Shown: in pieces, positions 12,501-23,269 of the stretch
Layout: the number at the start of each line of letters is the position of its first letter
Numbering within the stretch: position 1 is the stretch's first letter
Origin: Zygnema circumcarinatum SAG 698-1b
Taxonomy: Eukaryota; Plantae; Zygnematophyceae
Length of the DNA: 64,000 nt
NCBI GenBank assembly: GCA_037447605.1
Contig: CM074816.1
Location: 1,392,525 to 1,456,524 of the forward strand
Reading direction: 5' to 3'
Translations under genes and position numbers: made by a program
Notes under the pieces: model-generated
What the model saw: the letters and a program-made list of their open reading frames with translations, nothing else
Database searches by the model: none
What the model was told of the DNA's origin: nothing

Positions 12501-15500
12501 CCTGAGAGTGAGTGAACAATGGAAAGATGAACGGTCTTTTGTTTTCCCAATGTTCTTTCTTTCAGTGGATTTTTTTAATAGCTAGTTGAGGTGGCATTGC
12601 AGGCCAAAGCAGTAATTACTTTTTTGGATGCGATTTCGGAAAAAACTTTGCGGAGTACTGTTGCTCTGACTGCATCGCGAGGTCGTGGAAAATCGGCCGC
12701 TCTCGGAATCGCAATTGCAGGAGCTATTGCTTTAGGGTAAATCTTTTTTTCCTTTGTTCTTTTTACTTGTAAAACGATCTGTTTTGTCTGTTTTTTTTGT
12801 AAACATAGTAAGTATTGCATGGTATGTTTTTCCCTACTTTTTGTGCTCCTAAAAAGACAATGAATGACTCGTTTGGGGGTGCAGTTATTCGAACATTTTC
12901 GTGACTGCCCCAAGTCCGGAAAACTTGAAAACATTGTTCGAGTTCATATGCAAGGGCTTCGATTCGATGGAGTACAAAGTAAAGCATTCGATCCTTTCAC
13001 CCTTATTGTAATGCCTTTTCAAATCCTTATTATCATTGTTTCCTCAGACTTACTTCGGTGGGTGATGTTGGGAGCCATAGTGACATCACGATAGGGATGA
13101 TGTTGGGCCGCCGTAAATGATGTCGCGGATGATGTCGATGATGCGCAGGAGCACTTGGACTATGACTTAGTGGAGAGCACAAACCCGGAATTTAATAAAG
13201 CTGTTGTACGGATCAATGTGTACCGCCAGCACCGCCAAACAGTGCAGGCATGGACCCCCTCTCTCTCTCCTCTGCTCTCTCTCTCCCCACCTCCCGCTCT
13301 CTCCTGCATCCAACCCTCCCATCACTTCCCTCCTCTCCCTCCCCTTTTTCTCTACCTTCCCCAAACCCCCCTCCCCTCTCCCCCTTTCTCACTCCCACTC
13401 TCCCGCCCTAACTCTCTCCCCTCCATCTCCCACCCTCCCTCCCTCCCTCGCTCCCTAACTCTCTCCTTTTTCTCTCCCACCCTCCCTCCCTCCCTCGCTC
13501 CCTAACTCTCTCCCCTNNNNNNNNNNCTCCCTCCCTCTCTCTCCTGCAGTACGTGCAGCCCCAGCACGCAGAGCGCGTGACGCAAGCAGAGCTGCTTGTG
13601 ATCGACGAGGCGGCCGCCATCCCTCTGCCGACAGTGAAGGCGCTGCTCGGACCCTACCTCGTCTTCATGGGCTCCACCGTTAACGGGTAAACTCCTAAAC
13701 CCTAAACCCTAACCCTAACCCTAACCCTAACCCTAACCCTAAACCCAAACTCCATTTCCAAAAGCCCACGATATTCTACGCTCCACTACAACCATCCACT
13801 CTCGTAGACTCTCACACCCTCTCTCTCTCTCTCCCTCTCTCCCTCCCTCTCTCTCTCTCCCCCTCTCGCCCGCCCCTTTGCTCTCCCTGCAGATATGAAG
13901 GAACGGGCCGTTCCCTGTCCCTGAAACTCATTCAGCAGCTGAGGGAGCAGGCGCAGCAGAGCGGAACCGCGGGGGGGCCGGCCAGTGGGGAGGCGCCACG
14001 TGGCAGCGGGGGTGGCCGTACCTTCAAGGAGGTGGAGCTATCGGAGCCAATCCGGTACGCGCGGGGGGACGCGGTCGAGGCGTGGCTGCACGGCCTGCTC
14101 TGCCTCGACGCGGCCACGCACATCCCCAAACTCGCCGGAAGGTAAACGAACATGGTGGATCCGCGGATCCACTTGGATCCACTTGGGATCCGTGTTGATC
14201 CACTTGGGTCCAGTTGGGGGTCCATGTGGACCCATTAGGGTCCAGTTGGGGGTCCATGTAGACCCATTTGGGTCCAGGTGGGGTCCATGTGGATCCACTT
14301 GGGTCCACTTAGGGTCCATGTGTGAAAACTCGGAAATTAGGGTTGAAATCTTTCTGTCAGTTGGGATTTCAGAGAAGTTAGGAGTTCCTCCCTGGTTGAT
14401 CCGTTTGTTAACCCATTTTTTGGAGGGTGTGTTCCTGCGCAGACTGCCGCACCCCTCGGAGTGCAATCTGTACTACGTGAACCGCGACACGCTGTTTTCG
14501 TACCACAAAGCGAGTGAACTGTTCCTGCAGGTATGAACCTGCTTTCCTACTTTTTGACAAACCCTAAACTTCTAAGGTCCTTAGAAAATTCAACCCTAAC
14601 ATAAAATTAAAAAATTTTAACCCTGAAATGCCGGAGCCCTAATATGCCGTGGTCGAAAAGTAAGTAGAGTCCTGAACCATCGCCGCTTCTCTAGTCGTCC
14701 GCACGCGCGGAATGTCGTCGCACGTGCGGGCGACGCGTGCGACGTTTTCAGCGCAGCGCAGTTTTCTCCTCGAGCGCACCGCCGGTCACCGCCGTCGCCT
14801 ACCGTGGTGTGCGACGCGGCGCTGTCGCAGAGCCGTGTCGCACACCAAGTGTAGATCGTCGCTCGCACGTGCGTGGAGTCGTCGCAGACGCGTGCGAATT
14901 TTTGCACCACTTGCGCGCTGCCGTCGCACTTGCGAAGGGTCGCACGGCGGTTGCATGGCCATGGCGATAGCGACAGCGTCGCAGGGCCCAGTCGCTCGTG
15001 CGACTCGCAGGGTTCTGGTGTCGCCGAGGGGCCGCTTGATATATCGTAAATATCGGAATATCCGGTATTCCGATATATTGGAAGTATACGATACTCAGAA
15101 GGAATGTCTCGCGAATCAGACGAGAACCTGGCGCGTGTCTTTTTTAGGGTTTTTAGGGTTTTAGGGTTTTTAGGGTTCCACGCTAAGAGGACGGGCCGCA
15201 TGGGGGCGGTGGAACTGACTGTCATTTTCCATGGTGAAATTTGAATTGTGCAGAAGTGTGCTTTCAGATGGTTCAGCTGCTTTTTTGTTTTGATGGGTTT
15301 GTTTCATTGGGTGCAGCGAATGATGGCTCTCTATGTCGCATCACATTACAAAAACACTCCGAACGATTTGCAGCTTATGTCCGATGCGCCGGCGCATCAC
15401 TTGTTTGTGCTTCTCGGTAAATGTTCCAACATTTCTGCAGGCCGTGAATCAAGCCCTTTCTATACTTCAGTGGTTCAATTTATGAGTATTCGGAAGGAGG

Positions 15501-18500
15501 GTGGTTTTGTATGTGCTAAAAGAGAACATTGAGGGAATTGTAAAGGCGGAATTTCATTGAAAGTCGGTTACTCAGACTAATGATGGGCATCCTCTTTACC
15601 TTTTCATTCTCGTTTTTCCTTTACAATAATCCTATTTCCTCGCACTCTGCAGGCCCCGTCAACGAGGCAGAAGACGCCCTCCCCGACATTCTCTGTGTCC
15701 TTCAAGTACCCCTCCCTCCCTTCACTCCGTTCAACGGAAAACTGTGCCTTCGAAGGAAACCCTTCCATGTGGCGTGCCTCTCACTAACCAGCTCGCCCTC
15801 TGCAACCTAAAACCCCTCCAGATTTATAAAGCCTCCTTCCCGGCGCAAACCCTAATTTCTTGCCCTCCCTCCCTCCCTCCCCTNNNNNNNNNNGAGGGGG
15901 AGGGGGAGGGGGAGGCGGGAGTCGTGAGGGACGAGGAAGAGGGAGGCGGAGGGAGGGGTGGCTGGGAGAGTGAGTGGGGAGGAGGGAGGGGGGAATTAAG
16001 GACGGACGGAGAGGGAGGGGGAAGCGAGAGGGGGAGGAGGGGGGAAGAGGGAGGGGGAAGTGAGAGAGAGGTAAGGGGGGAGCGGGGAGAGAAGGGAGGG
16101 GGAGGGAGAGGGAGGTGGAGAAGGGAAGAGGGGGAGGTCGTGAGGGGGTATGAGAGGGAGAGAGGTGGGGGTAGGGGTGAAGAGGGAGGGGGGGAAATGG
16201 GGAAGGAAAGGGAGGCAGGGAGGAGTGGCGGTTGTATGGTGGGAGGTAGATGAATGGTGCTGGAGAGAAGGGGCGAGGTGGATTCAGAGTATGGGGGTTG
16301 GAAGTGGGACAGGTGGGCGTGGGGAAGAAATGAAGCGGGAGGGAGAGGAGTGGTGGAGGGGTGAGGGAGTGGGGAAAAGAGAGATATGGAGGAGAGGGGA
16401 AATGGAAGGAAAGAAATGAAGAGGGTGCGAGGGTGCACTTCTTAAGTGTGGAAGTGAGAGGTCGAAGTGAAGATGGAAAGGGAGTGATTGAGGTTGATGA
16501 ACCTGAGAGAATCATTCAGTTACAGTCTCCGAATTACGGATTTTTGACGCATGGAACTGTCGGGCAATGGGCTCCGTTGCAGGCAGGTTATGGCAGCCGC
16601 GCAGTTGAACTTCTCATCAGGTGAAATTCAATAGGAAAATAATTCCCTCAAAAGGGAGAATTGAAACTATAAGTTTTAGCAGTTCTAAATCCAGGAAATT
16701 GTTCAAATTGATTTAAAAAAACAAGCTGATTTTTTCAATACAGATAGCATTCTTTCATTTTTTTACCCATGCAGATACTATGAAGGCCAGTTGGCCCCTC
16801 TAAGCGAAGAGGATGCTCCCCCCCCTCCCCCAGATAACCCCTCTCTTACAGAGGCCATCGATAAGGTACTCCAAAAACCCTAAATCTCCATAATCCCTCA
16901 ATTTCCATAACCCTTCAAAAATAAATCGAAATCACTCAAATTCTAGAGCTTCACTCCGCTCAACTCTCAAGCCTCCAAGCAACCAAATAAACCCTAAAGT
17001 AGCCAGTTCTAGGGAATCTCCACTAGGTGTTCTTTCGCCCTCTCTCCCTCTCCCTCCCTCCCTCTCCCACCCTCCCTCCCTTCGACTCCCACCCTCCCTT
17101 CCTGTCCCACCCTCCCTGCCTCTCCCACCCTCCCTCCCTCCCACTCTCACCCTCCCCCCCTCTCCCTTCCTCCCACTCCCACCCTTCCTCTCCCACCCTC
17201 CCTCCCACTCCCTCCCTCCCTCCCTTTCCCACCCTCCCTCCCTCTCCCATCCTTCCTCCCTCTCCCACCCTCCCTTCCTCCCACCCTCCCTTCCTCCCAC
17301 TCCCATCCTTCCTCCCTCTCCCTCCCTCACTCCCTCACTCCCTCCCACTCCCACTCTCCCTCCCTCCCACTCCCACCCTCCCTCCCTCCATCCCTTCCTC
17401 TCTCTCTCCCTCTCTCTCTCTCCCTCCCTCTCCCACAGGTGTCCCTGCTAGAGGAGCAGCTGCAGCCCCGCGCGTCCCTCCCCCCCCTGTTGGCGGCCCT
17501 GGGCGAGCGCCCCGCCGAGCGCCTCCACTATGTGGGCGTGTCCTTTGGGCTCACGCAGCCGCTCTTCAACTTCTGGCGGAAACTGGCCTTCTTCCCCATC
17601 TACGTGCGCCAAACGCCGGTCCGTGCCGCTCCATGTCATTCCGTTCCGTTCCGTTCTGTTGCCTCCGTTCCGTTCCATCCGTTCCACGCAGTTCTGCTGT
17701 TGTTCTGTCTTGTTCTGTGTTGTTTGTTCCGTTCCAGTCCATGTTCTTGTCGCAAGTTCCTCTAAAGGAAGTAAGAAACTTGAAACAACAACAACATGGA
17801 CTTGTAGTTTTGAGTTCGCTCGTTGTTGTTCCCTTCTGTTCCATGTCGTTCAAATCCGTCTCGTTCAGTTCTGGAGGGCTGCATTCTTCAATTATGGGAG
17901 TTAGTAATGCAGCTATGAGTGTACAAATGGGTCATTAATTGGTCATTGATTGGGTACAAATGGGGTATAAGCGGGGCAGAACGACGTGACAGGCGAGCAC
18001 ACGTGCATAGTATTGCAGCCGCTCAACACGGAGGATGTGGAAGTAGACGCCGTCAGCCACAACGGACCCGCCCGTTGGCTTCAACCGTTCTATGAGGGTA
18101 CAGGCCCTCTCCGTGTTCTATGTGGACTCAACTCCGTTCGAACGCGGAGTTCGGTTTTTAGGGTTGTGAGGTTATTGCACTTTTGGATGTTTTCAATGTC
18201 CTTAAATATGAAAGGTTTTGGGTTGCACTTTGGGTTTTCAGGGCTTGGTTGTGTTGAGATTCAGGGGTTTCATTCTGTTAGTGAAATGCTCATTAAACCC
18301 ATCTTAAAGAACGAGAGAGCTTGAAAGATTCTGAAACCGTGATCATTCTTTCTTTCTTGTTTTTTCCGTCCCTCTCTACCCCCTTGCCTCTCACTTTCTC
18401 TCTCTCCCACTCTCTCGCCCTCTCTCCCTCTCCCTCTTCGCTCTCGCTCCTTCTCTCTCCTCCCTCTCCCCCTCTCTCTCTATCCACTCTCTCTCCCGCT

Positions 18501-18767
18501 CTCTCTCCTCTCTCTATCTCTCTCTCTCCCTCTCCCTCACTCTCTCTCAGATTTTCGAAGACGGTTCTGTCAGCTTCTCGGGTACAGCTTTCGGTCGTTT
18601 CCGCCGGCTCTGGCCCTTAGGTAAGCGCACGTCGCGACACGTCACGCGGTTTCGTACATGACGCATAACTTTTCATAAGAGCACGTACGGCACGAACTCG
18701 TGAGACTGTGCCCTGCACCTTAAACCCTAACCCTTCAACCCTAACCCTAACCCTAAACCCGAACCCG

Positions 18768-18799
<32 letters not shown>

Positions 18800-19030
18800 C
18801 CCCTAACCCTAACCCTAACCCTAACCCTACCCCTAAACCCTAAACCCTACCCTTTTACCCCCCGCAGCATCCTGGACCCGAAGTTGGAGTTCAGCGCGCA
18901 GGAGGCGGCGGCGGTCGCTTCGGCGGAGGGCGCTCTGACGGGGGCAGCGCCGCTGCTCACTCCGTACGACATGCAGCGACTAGAGTCCTACGCGAACAAC
19001 CTCGTGGACTACCACTTGGTGCACCTCTCC

Positions 19031-19113
<83 letters not shown>

Positions 19114-19571
19114 CCTCACCTCTCCCCCCTCACCTCTATCTTTCGTCTTCGCCTCTCGCGCGCTCTCTCTCTCTTCTTCTTCCCCTCCTCTCTCTTCCTT
19201 CGTCCCTCCCCCCTCTCTCTCTCGCTCGGTCCCCCCCCCTCCCCGTGCTCCTGCATGAGCATGAGCGGATTTCCGCCCTCTATGTGCATTGCCGGTTTCA
19301 GTTTCCGCTTCATCGTTACTGAGTAGTGAGAACGGACGGTGGTGATTGGCGGGTGTGCCACGTGGCGTGGTGTGAGCGGTCAGATCCTGGACCTGGTGCC
19401 GTGCGTCGCCCGGCTGTACTTCCTGGAGCGCCTCCCGAGCTCGCTGTCGTACGGACAGGCGGCGATCCTGCTCGCCCTCGGACTGCAGTTCCGGCCTCTC
19501 GCGCAGCTGGAGGTAGCTCAGGCAATAGGGACTAAAATGTATAGATATATGTATGTATACATATATATATG

Positions 19572-19669
<98 letters not shown>

Positions 19670-20990
19670 GGAAAATGCTTAAAAATTACGAGAAAAGGAA
19701 AGAAAAGTAGAGCTTTCTCGGACCTGTTTATGGAGTGGTTAAAGTTCTTTCTATAATGAGATTGGAATTGATCGGGATTATGGAAAAAAAGAGGAAATTG
19801 GAAGGGTTTTGAGAAATGAGGTGGGGGGGGGCTGTACGGTGAGGGAACGGTGAAGGGGGCAGTTATTTTGGCGTTATTCGAACGTTTTTTTTTTTAATTC
19901 CTGGGTTTCTTAATGGAGCGCAGAGTGAGTTTCGTCTGCCCGGGACGCAAATTTTGGCGTTATTCAACAAAACTATGCGGAAGCTGCATGGAGTGTTGCA
20001 TCGGGCAGCGTCGAAAGTTATCGAAGCTGCCCTGCCTCGTGTCAAGGAGGTCGGTGATTGGCCTTATGACATTTTTAATGTTGATGGGAACCAGAAGAAG
20101 TTTTTTTTAAGTCATTTGGGGTTAAATGGTGTATATACGCCAATGAACACACGGAAGGTGGTTTTTTTGTGAAAAGATTTTGTAATTATATTTCTCACAT
20201 TTTTTTTTTTAAACTTATTGGATTTTCTTTTCTAAACAGATCAATTTGAGACCTCATGCTTTAACGGTCGACGAAGATTTGGACGATGCCGCAAGAAAAG
20301 CGAAGGTGGGGATCAAACAAAACTGAAACTTGACCTTTTTTCTTACAATTTCTATGCTCTGCAGTTCCGTTCCGTTCCGTTGTAAGCCATTATCCTCATG
20401 TGACCATGTTCTCAGCATAGTGACGTCACACGAGAGTCAGCCGCGTGTCGTTTTGCGCAATTTACCTCCAGTTTGTAATCGAACATTAACAATGCAAAAA
20501 ACCCAAAACTCGTTTTTCCAATTCCTGAAACCCTGGTTTCTTCTGTGCATAAAAAATTCTACAACTGATCAAAATTGGCTACCTTATGAATAGATTTTAA
20601 ATCTATTCTATTCGAACTCAATTGTAAAATTTCTATCTAATATCTATCTAACTTTCTCTGGCCCAAAATTCTGTTAATTACTAAGAAAAAAAATTCTTCT
20701 CTGTTGTATTGCAGGCAGCCATGAAGGGGAAGCTGGAGGGAATGCTAAAGCCGGAGGAGCTTCAAAAGTTCGCAATTGAAGGGAGGGAGAGCGAATTAGA
20801 GGAGGCCATTTCTAAGGGCGGCGGAAAAGTGCCCAAGTCGGGGCTGCTCAGCGTGAAGGCCCAAAATGGAAATTTAAGAGGTGAAAATAAAAAGGAGGAG
20901 AAGAAGGAGAAGAAGAAGGAGAAGGGTAATAAGAGGAAGAGTGGAGGGGAGGGGAAAGGTCGGAAAAATCCAAAAAAAGGTAAGGTTTAG
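9547..20990 (+). CDS. NAT10: RNA cytidine acetyltransferase NAT10/KRE33 (18S rRNA and tRNA ac4C); 24 visible exons, an estimated ~75-aa internal segment not found
   Basis: Exons 9547-9651, 10184-10275, 10498-10669, 11368-11490, 11826-12002, 12187-12297, 12603-12736, 12885-12978, 13149-13247, 13550-13686, 13893-14141, 14443-14530, 15317-15416, 15653-15705, [gap], 16583-16620, 16775-16865, 17439-17618, 17980-18097, 18551-18620, 18868-19018, 19384-19512, 19924-20049, 20240-20305, 20715-20990. Motifs: [102 protein letters not shown], Lys-rich C-terminus. Confidence 0.97.
9935..10182. repeat. 8-bp repeat (ATGCACCC/ATGTACCC)n in NAT10 intron 1
   Basis: The array runs directly into the acceptor ...CCCATGCAG|GTG at 10183. 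Confidence 0.95.
14150..14325. repeat. Degenerate GGGTCCA/GGATCCA repeat in a NAT10 intron
   Basis: Roughly 15 related units directly after the donor at 14142. Confidence 0.8.
18720..18852. repeat. Interstitial telomere-like (CCCTAA/CCCTAAA)n tract in a NAT10 intron
   Basis: Directly visible; a similar tract lies at 13695-13748. Confidence 0.9.
19550..19668. repeat. (ATATGT)n hexamer microsatellite in a NAT10 intron
   Basis: Directly visible. Confidence 0.95.
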
Positions 20991-21656
20991 TGGGGGGTGC
21001 TGCGGATGGGAACAAAAGGGGTTTAAGTCGAAATAAGTTTAGGGTTCGTCTTTTTTGGAAAGAAACTGGTTGGTGTTTTTTGGAAAGAAAGAGAAAAGGT
21101 GTTTTTGAGCTTCCTCGTGGTTTTTATGTCCTTATTTTCAGCAGTAAGCGAAATTTTGTTATTAGAAGAGGAGACGGAAAGGAAGATTCGTTTGTCTCCA
21201 AGGAATGGTTTTAACAAGAGCTAGTGTCCTTTCTGCAACCCTGAACCCTAAAATCCTCAAATTGCTGAATCTCCATCGCAAAAATCAATTATAATTAATC
21301 AAATTTCAAAATTCTAAAGAAATGAGTTAGTTTTTCAAAACGTTTCAATGAGGCAAAACTCCATATAGATTTTAGAATTAGACTGCAAAGCCAGTTTTAA
21401 GGATTGATTTGGCAGCCTAAGCTTTTTATTTCTTGAAGGCTGTGCTCCAAACCCCCTTAGAGTGGACCTATCCAAACCTTAAAAGCCCAAAAGTTTCACT
21501 TCTAAATTCCGAACAAAGCCAAGAATCAAAATTGAATTAACGGAAAGCGATCGTAAGTAGCCGATCTGATCGTCCATTTTGAGCATCCGACGGTTTGGAT
21601 GCCCCACCGTATCCTGTACAGTCTTTTATCCACAGAAAGGACAAAGAAATGGGTCG

Positions 21657-22022
21657 ATCGATGACCAATTAATGACCCATTTGTACAATTGCACATTGCC
21701 CATTGTACATTTGTGCTCATGTCTTTTGCGCCCAGTTCCTCGTGGTTCCCCATGATACAGATTTTGTCCATGTTCATTTGATGGCCTCGCCATCGTGAGA
21801 TCAATGTCACTTCCCCGCCCATTTGTATACTCATAACTGCATAACTCCCATAATCATAAGACTCATAAGACTGCAGCCCTCTAGAACTGAACGAAACGGA
21901 TTCGAACGACATGGAACCAACGGAACTGCGTGGAACGGAACGGAACTGCGTGGAACGGAACGGGACGGTGTGAAACGACATGAAGCGGCACAGACCGGCG
22001 TTTGGCGCACGTAGATGGGGAA
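21657..22022 (-). repeat. Inverted partial duplicate of NAT10 17592-17950 (exon end, donor and intron)
   Basis: 21993-22022 is the exact reverse complement of the 30 nt TTCCCCATCTACGTGCGCCAAACGCCGGTC. Degenerate similarity continues through the intron and is interrupted by an insertion at ~21690-21820. Confidence 0.9.
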
Positions 22023-22645
22023 ATCGCCGCATGTCGGTTTCCAATCAGTCGGTGACAGGGACGTGCAACAGCTTCGCACGTGTAAGGATGACTCCTGATT
22101 GGCGACTGTCCGGCATCGGCCATGCAAAGATGGACGGACGTAAGCCGCCGATGTCGCCACATGAACGAATGTGAGCCGTTGATATTCATCGATCCCGTGC
22201 GGAGTCGCAGGAAGGGAATTTCAGTGTTGTGTGGAGTGGACAGGATTGGGAGGGCGGGCTTTTGAGAGAGGCGGAGAGGAACATCTCGATAGAGAGGACG
22301 TGAAGACGAGTTGGAGGGAGGGAGGACAGGAGGGAGAGGGGGAGGAGAGGGGAGGTGGGAGAGAAGGGAGGCTGTGGAGGCAGTAGGGATAAGATGGGAG
22401 TCGGAAGGGCGAGAGGGACAGAGGCCACTGGAGGCGTGATGGAGAGAGCGGAGAAATGTGAGATAAGGGGATTGGAGTCAGAGCGGTTGAGTAGAGACTG
22501 AACAGAGGAGAAAGGGGAGGATTCGGAGAGACCATAGTAAAGGAGCGAGAGGCCGAGAGAGAGGGAGAGGGAGAGAGTGAGAGAGAGGGAGAGAGGGAGA
22601 GAGAGAGAGAGGGAGAGAAGCTAGAGAGATCGACAGTTTAACATC

Positions 22646-23269
22646 ATGTCCACAAGGCACCTCCAGGCTATGCGTGGGTCCTCCATTCCTTCCAATATGA
22701 CAGTACAATCGAATCAAATTTTTGAAGACGATTCCACAGACATAGAGCCCCACATGTCGCCGTTCCGTTCAACAGCAGCTGCGTTCATGCACCACCAACC
22801 CTATAAATCCGTTCAACAAAAAATCGATGAAGAAGAGTTCAACCAGCGGTCTCCCACTCTTTGGGACAACGACTTCTTGGAAAACTTCGAACTGGGTTCC
22901 TTCAACTTGCTTCAAGATAGACACAATGAAGAACTAGAAAAGGAGTTGTCGGGGTCCACCCCAGATTGGGTTTCCAGATCGAATGAATATCATTGCACAC
23001 ACAGTGGTAGAGCAGTTGACTTTGAAGACCTTGCTTTCAATGAAGGAGGGGGAGAGGTTTCATCATCACGAATAGAGGAGCTTGTGGAGACCACCATTGG
23101 GGGCTCTCTTGATGGCGGCGAGGACGATAAGTTCAAGTCTCGAATAGATCGGTTTTTCGCTTCCCAAGTAGAGGCGAGTCCTCACTATGAGGAGATTGAA
23201 GCGGCGCAGGAATCTAAGTCTCCGACGGGAGAACCACGTGGTGGGCCTCATAAACAAAACCCTAATTAG
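22646..23269 (+). CDS. Unassigned acidic 207-aa ORF (orphan gene or first exon)
   Basis: 624-bp uninterrupted ATG-initiated ORF of non-repetitive, balanced composition in a region otherwise dominated by low-complexity DNA. No family recognised. Confidence 0.45.
   Translation: MSTRHLQAMRGSSIPSNMTVQSNQIFEDDSTDIEPHMSPFRSTAAAFMHHQPYKSVQQKIDEEEFNQRSPTLWDNDFLENFELGSFNLLQDRHNEELEKELSGSTPDWVSRSNEYHCTHSGRAVDFEDLAFNEGGGEVSSSRIEELVETTIGGSLDGGEDDKFKSRIDRFFASQVEASPHYEEIEAAQESKSPTGEPRGGPHKQNPN

Noticed and set aside
16420-16470. EGARVHF as the missing NAT10 GARIVR exon
   Set aside because: Only four residues match, there is no following conserved sequence or suitable splice acceptor, and it lies in a GA-rich tract.
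21730-21812. Metallophosphoesterase fragment (GNHEEL on the minus strand of the bipartite motif)
   Set aside because: Conservation is at DNA level including third positions, one copy has an in-frame stop, the spacer peptide is not conserved, and no other phosphoesterase motifs are present.
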